64,000 nt of DNA from Planctomycetota bacterium (GTDB lineage Bacteria > Planctomycetota > B15-G4 > JADJEK01): assembly GCA_044225365.1 (NCBI GenBank), contig JBGAIQ010000011.1, positions 1 through 64,000 on the forward strand, written 5' to 3'. The first letter of the stretch is position 1. Every line of letters starts with the position of its first letter. The notes under the pieces were generated by a model that ran no database searches, had not been told where the DNA came from, and was given only the letters and a program-made list of their open reading frames with translations. A program made the position numbers and the translations under genes. This document shows positions 38,503 through 46,977 of the stretch, in pieces.

Positions 38503-39912
38503 TCACTTCTCCAGCGCTGCCGCGATCGCGCGAGCGAACGAAGGCAGAGTCGGATCGCGCGCTCCCAGCACGAGGACGACATCGCCCTCCGTGGCGTTGC
38601 GAGCGACGTAGTCGACGAAGCCCTCGCGTTCCTTCGCGACGAACGCGTGCTTGGCCCCGAGGCGTCGAATGTCGTCGATGAGCATCTCCGACGAGATGTC
38701 CTTCGCGACGGTTCCGCCGGCGAAGAAGATCGGCGCGAAGTGGATTTCGTCGTCCTCGCGCAATGCCGACGCGAACGCGCGGGTCAGTTCGTCGCGCAGG
38801 AAACGCATGGGTTGGAAGCCGTGCGGCTGGAAGCACGCGATGACGCGGCGACTCCTCGCCTTCGCGGCTTCGATCACCGCTGCGACCTTCTGCGGATTGT
38901 GCGCGAAGTCGTCGACCACTTCGACGCCGCCCGCGTTGCCGACGATCTCGAAGCGCCGATGCACGCCGGAGAACTCCGCAAGCGCCCCGGCCGCGACTTC
39001 GAGAGGGATCCCGATCGCGCGCGCGGCCGCGGTCGCCGCGATGGCGTTCCACACGTTGTGCAATCCGGGATGCGGCACGAAGAACTCGACGCCGTCGATC
39101 GTGAATCGAGCGCCGTCTCGACCTTGCCGCACGTCCGTGCCGCGGACATCGGCGTCGTCGGAGAAGCCGAAGACCAGCGCTCCCGGCTGGAACTCGAAGA
39201 GTTCGGGGTCGTCGCTCACCGCGAACTCGCCGCGCACGCGATTGCGAAACGTGCGGAACTGTTCGAGCACGAGCGATGGTTCCATGTGGTCGCGATGCAG
39301 ATTGAGCAGCACGCCGGTCTGTGGCGCGTGCTTCACGAGGCTGCCATCGCTCTCGTCGGCCTCGACGACGACGGGGCCGCTCCCGTGCCACGCGTTTCCG
39401 TAGTGGCCTTGCCGCATGAGACCGAGGATACGTCCCCCGGTGATGAGCCCCGGATCGCGGCCGGCGGCGCGCAGGATCTCGAAGGCCATCGCTGTCACCG
39501 TCGACTTTCCGCTCGTCCCCGCGATCGCCATCGAAGGTCCCGCGACATGCATCGCGAGGAGATCGGCGCGATGGAGGATCGGCAGGCCGAGCGCTTTCGC
39601 TTTGGCGATGTCGGGGATACTCGCCTCGATGGCCGTCGAGATGACGACGACCGCAGCCCCATCGACCCCGGAGCCATCCTGCGTGTGGAGCGTCACTCCG
39701 AGTCGCTCGAGCGACTGTCGCTCCTCGACCATCAGGCCTTGATCGAACGATCGATCACTGCCCGAGACCTTCGCCTTTGCGAACGCACGATACTGCGCGA
39801 GCGCACTCATGCCGGTGCCGCCCACGCCGACGAAGTGAAAACGTGCGCCGGGGTCGCGCAGCGCACTTTCGACGGCGCTGTGCGACCCCGGATTCGAGAT
39901 GCGATCGCTCAA
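38503..39912 (-). CDS. murC: Mur ligase, MurC/Mpl-like
   Basis: HFVGVGGTGMSALA, GTSGKST, EADESDG, DHM, DDFAHNP, FQPH. Confidence 0.8.
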   Translation of the reverse strand: MSDRISNPGSHSAVESALRDPGARFHFVGVGGTGMSALAQYRAFAKAKVSGSDRSFDQGLMVEERQSLERLGVTLHTQDGSGVDGAAVVVISTAIEASIPDIAKAKALGLPILHRADLLAMHVAGPSMAIAGTSGKSTVTAMAFEILRAAGRDPGLITGGRILGLMRQGHYGNAWHGSGPVVVEADESDGSLVKHAPQTGVLLNLHRDHMEPSLVLEQFRTFRNRVRGEFAVSDDPELFEFQPGALVFGFSDDADVRGTDVRQGRDGARFTIDGVEFFVPHPGLHNVWNAIAATAAARAIGIPLEVAAGALAEFSGVHRRFEIVGNAGGVEVVDDFAHNPQKVAAVIEAAKARSRRVIACFQPHGFQPMRFLRDELTRAFASALREDDEIHFAPIFFAGGTVAKDISSEMLIDDIRRLGAKHAFVAKEREGFVDYVARNATEGDVVLVLGARDPTLPSFARAIAAALEK

Positions 39913-39936
39913 CTCGAGCCTTTCCGCTGCACTCGA

Positions 39937-41106
39937 TCAGCGATACGACAACAGCTCGACGTAGAACACGAGGGTCGACTTCGGCGGGATCTTGTCGCCC
40001 GCGCCCTGATCGCCGTATCCGAGTTCGGGCGGGATCACGAACAGATAGATCGAGCCCGGCTTCATCATCTGCAGCCCCTCGACCCAACCGGGGATCACCT
40101 GTCCGACGCCGAACTCCGCCGGCTGCTTGCGATCGTACGACGAGTCGAACTTGCTGCCGTTCGCGAGCCAACCGCAGTAGTTCACGTTGGCGCGCTGTTG
40201 GAGGCGCGGCGAATCACCCGAGCCTTCGCGGATCACTTTGTACTTGAGGCCGCTCGCGGTCTTCTGGAGCTCCTCGTCCTTCGGCAGTTTGAATTCCGGC
40301 GGCGTCATGTCGATGATCCGGTCGAGTTCGAGGAGCCACACCGTCGGCTCGCCTTCCTTCACGTGCGGCGGCATGCGGTTCTTGTCGAACGTAAGATCAG
40401 CGGGCGCTTCGAATCGCATCGACTGCCCGACCTTCATCATCGGCAGCGCTTCCTGCAGGAACTTCATGCGCACCATCGCCGGCTTCGCGATGAAGGGCGT
40501 GTTCTCCATGTGCGTCGACTGCAGCATGTGGCCATCGGCGGCCCAATACGTGAAGTGGAACGCGAGAATGTCGTCGGGCTTGGCCTGCGCCGCGGCGTCG
40601 GCGCCCGCGTTCTTCACTTCTTCGCAGAGGATGCCGGAGCCGGTCTTCTTCGCGGTGTCCGCTTTCACGCGCGTGAACTCCGGGACCTCCGCAGTTCCGC
40701 CCACCTCGAGCAACTCGACATCGAAGAGGAGCGTCGAATTCGGCGGGATGGCCGGCGGCTGGCCCTGCGCGCCATAGGCGAGCTCGGGCGGAATCGTGAA
40801 CTTGTAGCGAGCGCCGGGGGTCATCAACTGCAGCCCCTCGTTCCAGCCCTCGATCACTCCGCCGATGCGGAATTCGACCGGCTCGCCCGAGCGCGAGGAA
40901 TCGAATTCCTTGCCGTCGGGGAACGTGCCCGTGTAGTGCACCTTCACCTTGCTGTACATCTTGGGATGCGGGCCGTCCGCCTTGCCGGGCGCGACGACTT
41001 CGTACTTCAGCCCGGAGGCCGTCGTGACGGGATCGCCTGCGAGCGCGAGCGAGAACGGTGAGAAGAGGGCGAGGGCGGTCACGATCTGCGGCGCAGGGAT
41101 TCGCAT
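39937..41106 (-). CDS. Exported multi-domain FKBP-type peptidyl-prolyl isomerase
   Basis: Two canonical FKBP domains (FDSS, VI.GW.EGL, IPPEL.YG) flanking a degenerate one. Confidence 0.9.
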   Translation of the reverse strand: MRIPAPQIVTALALFSPFSLALAGDPVTTASGLKYEVVAPGKADGPHPKMYSKVKVHYTGTFPDGKEFDSSRSGEPVEFRIGGVIEGWNEGLQLMTPGARYKFTIPPELAYGAQGQPPAIPPNSTLLFDVELLEVGGTAEVPEFTRVKADTAKKTGSGILCEEVKNAGADAAAQAKPDDILAFHFTYWAADGHMLQSTHMENTPFIAKPAMVRMKFLQEALPMMKVGQSMRFEAPADLTFDKNRMPPHVKEGEPTVWLLELDRIIDMTPPEFKLPKDEELQKTASGLKYKVIREGSGDSPRLQQRANVNYCGWLANGSKFDSSYDRKQPAEFGVGQVIPGWVEGLQMMKPGSIYLFVIPPELGYGDQGAGDKIPPKSTLVFYVELLSYR

Positions 41107-41253
41107 GCGAGTTTCCAAGGTTCGTTGTTGGCCAAGGTTCGAGGTCGGAGGCACTCCGCGCCGCAGTGTAAGCGAGGACGGACTTCAGCGCGACCTTGTG
41201 TTTCGGGGCGGAAGCGCTCATTCTGGCAGCGTCAAGAACGTATGGAGAATCGA

Positions 41254-41943
41254 ATGACCGTCGATCTGGCCAAACGCGCCGCGGGCCGCGCCGCCGCCGA
41301 CTTCGTGACGAACGGCATGACCCTCGGCCTCGGCACCGGGTCGACCGTCTACTTCACGCTCGAGCGTCTCGCGGAGCGCATCCGCGACGAACGGATCGAG
41401 ATTCGCGGCGTGCCGACCTCGATCGACACCGAGAAGAAGGCCGGCGAATTCGGGATCCCCACCCTGACGCTCGACGCCGTGGAGTCGCTCGATCTCACGA
41501 TCGACGGCGCCGACGAGATCGACGCCCAGTTCCATCTCGTGAAGGGCGGCGGCGGAGCACTGCTGCGCGAGAAGGTCGTCGCGAGCATCTCGAAGCGGGA
41601 GATCATCATCGCGACCCCCGACAAGGTCGTGGAGAAGCTCGCGAAGAAGTTTCCCCTACCGATCGAGATCGTGCCCTTCGCGCGCTCGGTCGTCGAGCGT
41701 CAGCTCGCGCTCCATGGCGCACACCCCTTCCTCCGCCAGCGCGATGGCCAACCCTACGTCACCGACAACGGGAACTGGATCCTCGATTGCTCGTTCGCGC
41801 ACGGAATCCCCGATCCCGCCGCGATGGAGATCACGCTGAAGCGGATCGCCGGAATCGTCGAGGTCGGCCTGTTCATCGGCCTCGCGCACGTGCTCGTGCT
41901 CGGAATGATGGACGGCACCGCGACGGTGACGCAGCGCGCATAG
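41254..41943 (+). CDS. rpiA: Ribose-5-phosphate isomerase A
   Basis: GLGTGST, DGADEID, KGGGGALLREKVVA, TDNGN. Confidence 0.95.
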   Translation: MTVDLAKRAAGRAAADFVTNGMTLGLGTGSTVYFTLERLAERIRDERIEIRGVPTSIDTEKKAGEFGIPTLTLDAVESLDLTIDGADEIDAQFHLVKGGGGALLREKVVASISKREIIIATPDKVVEKLAKKFPLPIEIVPFARSVVERQLALHGAHPFLRQRDGQPYVTDNGNWILDCSFAHGIPDPAAMEITLKRIAGIVEVGLFIGLAHVLVLGMMDGTATVTQRA

Positions 41944-41958
41944 GAATCGCGAACTCGA

Positions 41959-43458
41959 ATGAATCCTCGTCGTTACTTCACATTCGCGCTCGCGATCCCA
42001 TTTATCGCTGCATTGATCACGGTCGTCGCGATTCGAGTCTACTGGGGATATTGGATTACGCCGCCGTCGATCGATCGGATCCTCGGTCCGGTGGCGTCGA
42101 TCGATCGGTTCACGAAGGTTTATCCCGACGACCTCGCGGCAAAGGTTGAAGACGCCCCGAACCCAATTCCGCTGCCCTGCTTCAAGAGCACTGAATTCGC
42201 TGCGGCGGGGATCGCCGCCTTCGAGCACCAAGGTTGGTCCAACGAGAGAGAAATCGGCTCGCTTCCGATGTGGAGGCTGACGGAAGGCCTCCGCGACCGT
42301 GGACTGAGTCCAACGGACGCGACTCCGATCTCTTCGAATTTGGCTCTCGCGGTCCGGACCGAGCTCGAGGCCAAGGGGCTCTTCCCCGACCGACTGCCGG
42401 AAATATTCTACCCCTCGGGCCCTTCGCTCCTGCTCGCCACCGGACGCGATCGCGCGAATCACGAGATCGTGCTCGCCGCGTTCGTCGGCGGTGAGATCCG
42501 GCACGATACGTATCCTTACTATGAAGCGCGCTTCCGCGTCGTCGACGCGGATCACGTCGCCCTCGAAGCGAGCAACCGTTTCCGCTTCGACCACGCGGGG
42601 CTCGAAGGCGGCCTGCACTGGATCCTCGCGATCGGCAGCGCGCTGATCCTGTTCGGACTCTGGGCGCTGGGCGGGCTCGTTCTCTCGGTGCGATTCGTAT
42701 GGACCTTCTTCCGCCGCGCCGGCGTCGTAATCGCCGTGACCTGCCTGGCGTTCTTCCTCGGGGCGCGGTCCTATCGTGGCTACTTCTGGCCACCGCAGGT
42801 CGAAGGCGTTTTCGGCTCGATGACGTCACTCGATCGATTCACGACTTTCTTCGAATTCCCGCCGCAGAGCGGCTGGAGCGGCGTCGAGATCATTCCCAAC
42901 GACGAATCTCGACTCTCTGGCGGTTCCTACGTCAGCTCGGGATCGTTGGCCCTGCAATGTGCGGCGAGGGATCGGTCGTCAGAAATGGGTTCGTGCCCGA
43001 TGTGGCGGATTCCAGCTGCGCTCGAAGAGCGTGGCCTGACGCCCAAAGGCTCGAATCCGATCGACCCTCTATTGCTTCGATCCGCGCTCATCGAGCTCGA
43101 ACGGGCCGATGCCTGGCCAAATTCGTTTCTCTACTCGGAGGGACCGACACTCCACGCTGCGCTCGGCCGCGACTCCTCCGGCTCCGAGATCCTCCTCCTA
43201 GCGAAGGCGGGCGATCATCAGTGGAACGCTCGCTACCGATACGTCGAGGCGCGCTTTCGGCGAACCGCCCCAGAGCGCGTATCGCTCGAGACCTTCGAGT
43301 CCTTCTGGTTCGATCACGAACGCGGCGACCGCGATCCCGCCGAACCCTGGGGAACCGGGATCATCTTCGGAGGGATCGCTCTCGTCGTCAGCGGGCTGAT
43401 CGTGTTCTTCTACACAATAGATCCGATCGTCTGGGGCGGGCGACGAGCGGTCGCGTGA
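41959..43458 (+). CDS. Hypothetical membrane protein with an internal tandem duplication
   Basis: Both halves share Y.GY...P, GS.PMWR, RGL.P, GRD, EARFR, F.FDH. Confidence 0.75.
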   Translation: MNPRRYFTFALAIPFIAALITVVAIRVYWGYWITPPSIDRILGPVASIDRFTKVYPDDLAAKVEDAPNPIPLPCFKSTEFAAAGIAAFEHQGWSNEREIGSLPMWRLTEGLRDRGLSPTDATPISSNLALAVRTELEAKGLFPDRLPEIFYPSGPSLLLATGRDRANHEIVLAAFVGGEIRHDTYPYYEARFRVVDADHVALEASNRFRFDHAGLEGGLHWILAIGSALILFGLWALGGLVLSVRFVWTFFRRAGVVIAVTCLAFFLGARSYRGYFWPPQVEGVFGSMTSLDRFTTFFEFPPQSGWSGVEIIPNDESRLSGGSYVSSGSLALQCAARDRSSEMGSCPMWRIPAALEERGLTPKGSNPIDPLLLRSALIELERADAWPNSFLYSEGPTLHAALGRDSSGSEILLLAKAGDHQWNARYRYVEARFRRTAPERVSLETFESFWFDHERGDRDPAEPWGTGIIFGGIALVVSGLIVFFYTIDPIVWGGRRAVA

Positions 43459-43728
43459 GTGCCGCGCGTGGCGAGTGTAAGATTGCATCACCCTGGCGGA
43501 TTCGTAGGGCGTTGAACTCGAGCCATCGCCGGATCATCGTTCTACGGCTCACCGGACGAGCGCGGGTTCGCCCCGATCTGTCGAGAACTCGTCGCGGAAA
43601 CGGCAGAATGTCGTGGCGCGCAGCAGCGCGGAAGATTAGGTCAGGAGACCCTAAGAATGCAGACTGTCGTGGCGCGCAGCAGGGCCAGCCACTCCTCATG
43701 CTATCAGCACGCGGCACAACGCGTAGAA

Positions 43729-44175
43729 TTAGTCAAATCGCCAATCTCCAGTTATCCTGTACGATCTCGCACCAGCGGAAAGTTCTTCGTCGTAGACGAA
43801 TCCGCGCCTCTCCAACTCGCTTTTGAATAGAGTCAAGGCCTTCAACGCCGCACTAAATTCTGCGCGCTCATCTCCTTGACGAAAAGTAACCGTCGTCTCC
43901 TCGAGAGTGTGCATCGATATTATCTGAGATGACTTATTCCCGTTGACGTACCCTGCGCGCAATGCATAATCTCCTCCTCCCATCAGGATTGGTTTATCGA
44001 CCCTGGCTGACAGCTTCTCCGCTACGGCTCGCAGGGCGTCATCCGCCGCCGCTCGCTGATCTAGCCGCTGCTCCGCTGTCCCTGGAGCGAATATTACGTT
44101 CTTGACGCGGCCGTACTCCCATGCGCATCCAGTTAGCGCAACGGAAAGAAGGCCTATGACAATTCTGCGAATCAT
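43729..44175 (-). CDS. Hypothetical lipoprotein (lower GC)
   Basis: MIRRIVIGLLSVALTGC lipobox. Confidence 0.65.
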   Translation of the reverse strand: MIRRIVIGLLSVALTGCAWEYGRVKNVIFAPGTAEQRLDQRAAADDALRAVAEKLSARVDKPILMGGGDYALRAGYVNGNKSSQIISMHTLEETTVTFRQGDERAEFSAALKALTLFKSELERRGFVYDEELSAGARSYRITGDWRFD

Positions 44176-44343
44176 GGACTTGTGCTCCCATGGGCTTTCG
44201 GGCTCTTGAACTCGCTATCAGCGAGGCCGTCGATTCCGAATGGCGCTGTCTCAAAGACGGCGTACGCAGTGGATATTGGGCCGGCCCATTGATGAGGGAC
44301 GACGTGGAATAGGCCGCGTCAGGAAACCGAGGCAGGACGGCGT

Positions 44344-45645
44344 TCATGGTTCGCGTTTCGATTTGTAGTACTGCATCCGCTTGAGGATCTCGCGTTCGAA
44401 GCCGATCTCCTTCGGATCGTAGAAGACGCGATCCCGAATCGCATCCGGCATGAATTGGATCTTGTATCCCGCCTCGCTCTCGTGGGGCGTGACGTAGCCC
44501 TTGCCGTAACCCATTCCCTTCATCATCCCCGTCGGCGCGTTGCGGATCTCGAGCGGGACGGGCAATGTGCCGCTCGAGGCGATCTCCGCGACCGCTTCGT
44601 TGTAAGCGCGGTAGACCCGATCGGATTTGGGAGCCGTCGCGAGATAGACAGCAGCTTCGACCAGCGCGAGCACGCCTTCCGGCATACCTAGGAAGTCCAC
44701 GGCCTCGCGCGCGGCGATCGTCACCGACAAGGCTTGCGGGTCCGCCGCGCCGATATCCTCGCTCGCGATCCGGACGAGCCGCCGCGCGATGTAGAGCGGG
44801 TCTTCGCCGCCTTCGAGCATGCGGACGAGCCAATACACCGAGGCCTGGACGTCGCTGCCGCGGATCGACTTGTGCAGCGCCGAGATGACGTTGTAATGTT
44901 CCTCGCCGGTCGCGTCGTAGCGCGGCGCTTTGCGCGCGAGGATCTTGGATACGAGAGCGAGATCCGCGCCCGGGCTCCCTTGCTGCTCGCAGCCGATCGC
45001 GACCCATTCGAGATCGGTGAGCAACGCGCGCGCGTCGCCGTCGGCCCGATCGACGAGCCATTGCTTCGCCTCGGGCTCGAGGACCAGTTCCAACGAGCCG
45101 AGCCCGCGCTCCTTGTCGAGCATGGCTCGATCGAGCAACTTCATCAGGTCGCTGCGCTCGATCGGCTTCAGCGGCAGGACGCGGCATCGCGATAGCAACG
45201 CCGAATTGAGTTCGAACGACGGGTTCTCGGTCGTGGCGCCGATGAGGATGAGCGTTCCATCCTCGACGGGCCCGAGGAATGCATCCTGCTGCGCCTTGTT
45301 GAAGCGATGGATCTCGTCGACGAAGAGCAACGTTGCGCCGCGCCCCGCAGCGACGTTCTCGCGGGCCTTCTCCACGATCTCCTTGATGTCCTTCACCCCC
45401 GAGGTGACGGCGCTGATGGCGACGGGCTCGCGCTTCAACGTGGCGCCGATGATCCGGGCGATCGTCGTCTTGCCGCAGCCGGGCGGGCCCCACAGGATCA
45501 GCGAAGGCGGCCGCGCGCTCTTCAGCAACGCGGGCAGGACGCCGCCCGCGCCGAGCACTTCCTCCTGCCCCACCATCTCGGCGAGGTCCGTTGGGCGCAT
45601 CCGCTCCGCGAGCGGCGGTCGTTCGTTCGGAGCGGATGCGTTCAA
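44344..45645 (-). CDS. rarA: Replication-associated recombination protein A (AAA+ ATPase)
   Basis: PLAERMRP, WGPPGCGKTT, DEIHRFNKAQQD, GATTENP, SALHKS.RGSD, SEDIG.ADP. Confidence 0.95.
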   Translation of the reverse strand: MNASAPNERPPLAERMRPTDLAEMVGQEEVLGAGGVLPALLKSARPPSLILWGPPGCGKTTIARIIGATLKREPVAISAVTSGVKDIKEIVEKARENVAAGRGATLLFVDEIHRFNKAQQDAFLGPVEDGTLILIGATTENPSFELNSALLSRCRVLPLKPIERSDLMKLLDRAMLDKERGLGSLELVLEPEAKQWLVDRADGDARALLTDLEWVAIGCEQQGSPGADLALVSKILARKAPRYDATGEEHYNVISALHKSIRGSDVQASVYWLVRMLEGGEDPLYIARRLVRIASEDIGAADPQALSVTIAAREAVDFLGMPEGVLALVEAAVYLATAPKSDRVYRAYNEAVAEIASSGTLPVPLEIRNAPTGMMKGMGYGKGYVTPHESEAGYKIQFMPDAIRDRVFYDPKEIGFEREILKRMQYYKSKREP

Positions 45646-45655
45646 GAGGTCTGCC

Positions 45656-46000
45656 TCAGTGGCCGGTCACGATGGTCTCGTACTTGGCGTAGAGACCGAA
45701 GAGGATGATGTCGATGGTGCAGTCGACTTGTTCGACGACGTCGATGCGGGCCTTCTGCGCCGCAGAGGTCACGGTCGCATCGCCCCACGCGAACAGTCCG
45801 AACATGCTGTACGACGCGGAGCGGCCCTCGCGCCCGCCCATCTGGGTCTGATCGAAGGTCGTGTCGACGGGAACTCCAATGTTGGTGAATCCCGTGCCGA
45901 TCGGCGGCGGATTCAACACCGGACTGCGGATGTAGACGCACGCGCCGTTCGTGCCGAGCAGCGCCGCGAGGAGAGCGAATCGAAGAGTCTTGATCTTCAT
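45656..46000 (-). CDS. TRL-like family lipoprotein
   Basis: Lipobox, G.S.S.S.FGLFAWGDA....AA, T.V.G end. Confidence 0.75.
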   Translation of the reverse strand: MKIKTLRFALLAALLGTNGACVYIRSPVLNPPPIGTGFTNIGVPVDTTFDQTQMGGREGRSASYSMFGLFAWGDATVTSAAQKARIDVVEQVDCTIDIILFGLYAKYETIVTGH

Positions 46001-46009
46001 GGTGGCGCC

Positions 46010-46387
46010 TCAGGTTCCGTACACACGAATGGTCGTGATGGAGAAGATCCCGAGGATCTGCATGAACTCGTAATCCGCGTACGAGACCTTGCTGATGTTG
46101 CTCTCTCGCGCGATCCGAGCGATCGTCGCGTCGTCCCAAGCGAAGCTGAGACCCGTGAACAGGAAATCACGGAAGTAGTGAACGCTGCGCTCCTGCGCCA
46201 TGTGGACGCTGCTCGGGCCCGTGAGGTTCCCGTTGACGTTCGTGGTGAGCGGAGCGCGGAAGGACGTGAAGAAGAACCCACGCGGCGGAATGACGGCTCC
46301 GCCCGTGTTGTCGCGCGGCTCGGAGGCACAGCCCGCGAGCGTCGCGAGCAGCAACCCACCGAGGAGCGTCAGTGATCGGGATGTCAT
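46010..46387 (-). CDS. TRL-like family lipoprotein
   Basis: LAGC lipobox, PP.G..FT...APL, FAWDDA.I..IA, I.....ADY, T.RVYG. Confidence 0.75.
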   Translation of the reverse strand: MTSRSLTLLGGLLLATLAGCASEPRDNTGGAVIPPRGFFFTSFRAPLTTNVNGNLTGPSSVHMAQERSVHYFRDFLFTGLSFAWDDATIARIARESNISKVSYADYEFMQILGIFSITTIRVYGT

Positions 46388-46401
46388 GGTCCCATCCCTC
46401 G

Positions 46402-46734
46402 TCAATTGCCGTACGCCCGCACCGTGAAGCGCTCGTACATGAACATGATGTTCAACGCTTGATAGTCCGCGTGCTCGATCGTCTGCAGATTCCCGTTCCG
46501 CGCCGCGGAGTCGAGGGAGCAGTCACCGAACGCGAACATGTTGAGGAAGAACGCGCTGGAACTCGCTTCTCCCATCTTCGAACAAACGGGTGTCTTGTTG
46601 GCGTCGATGTCGAGCGGAGCCGACACCGACGTGAACATGAGTCCCTGAGGCGGCATCACCGGTGCCTGGTAGAAGATGCAACCGGTTCCCGAAAACGCCA
46701 GGACGGCACAAGCAGCCAATGCGCGCAAACTCAT
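46402..46734 (-). CDS. TRL-like family lipoprotein
   Basis: GTGC lipobox, PPQGL.FT.V.APL, K.GEA, FA.GD.S...AA.NG, HADY. Confidence 0.8.
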   Translation of the reverse strand: MSLRALAACAVLAFSGTGCIFYQAPVMPPQGLMFTSVSAPLDIDANKTPVCSKMGEASSSAFFLNMFAFGDCSLDSAARNGNLQTIEHADYQALNIMFMYERFTVRAYGN

Positions 46735-46977
46735 TCGATCCTTCTTTCTATTCGTCGTTCTTGAAACACCTACGACGACCGACGCAAACCCCGCGTCGGC
46801 CCTCTTGCCCGAGCATTCTTTCTGCCTTGAGAACGAATGCAACGATTCCGCAGTCATTTCACAGGCCGGATCGCGATGCGAAACCCGGGCCTCGCGGTTT
46901 GCGCTGAATTCGACCCCTTCTGATTCCGATCCTATTCCAGCGGTCGCCTGCCCGGGTGGATCGCCTGGACCATCGCC

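Noticed and set aside
38311-41061. Long antisense ORFs (e.g. 38311..41061, 15662..17833, 32679..34670, 46402..48783)
   Set aside because: These are shadow frames of real genes, expected in high-GC DNA; they are Arg-rich and lack motifs.
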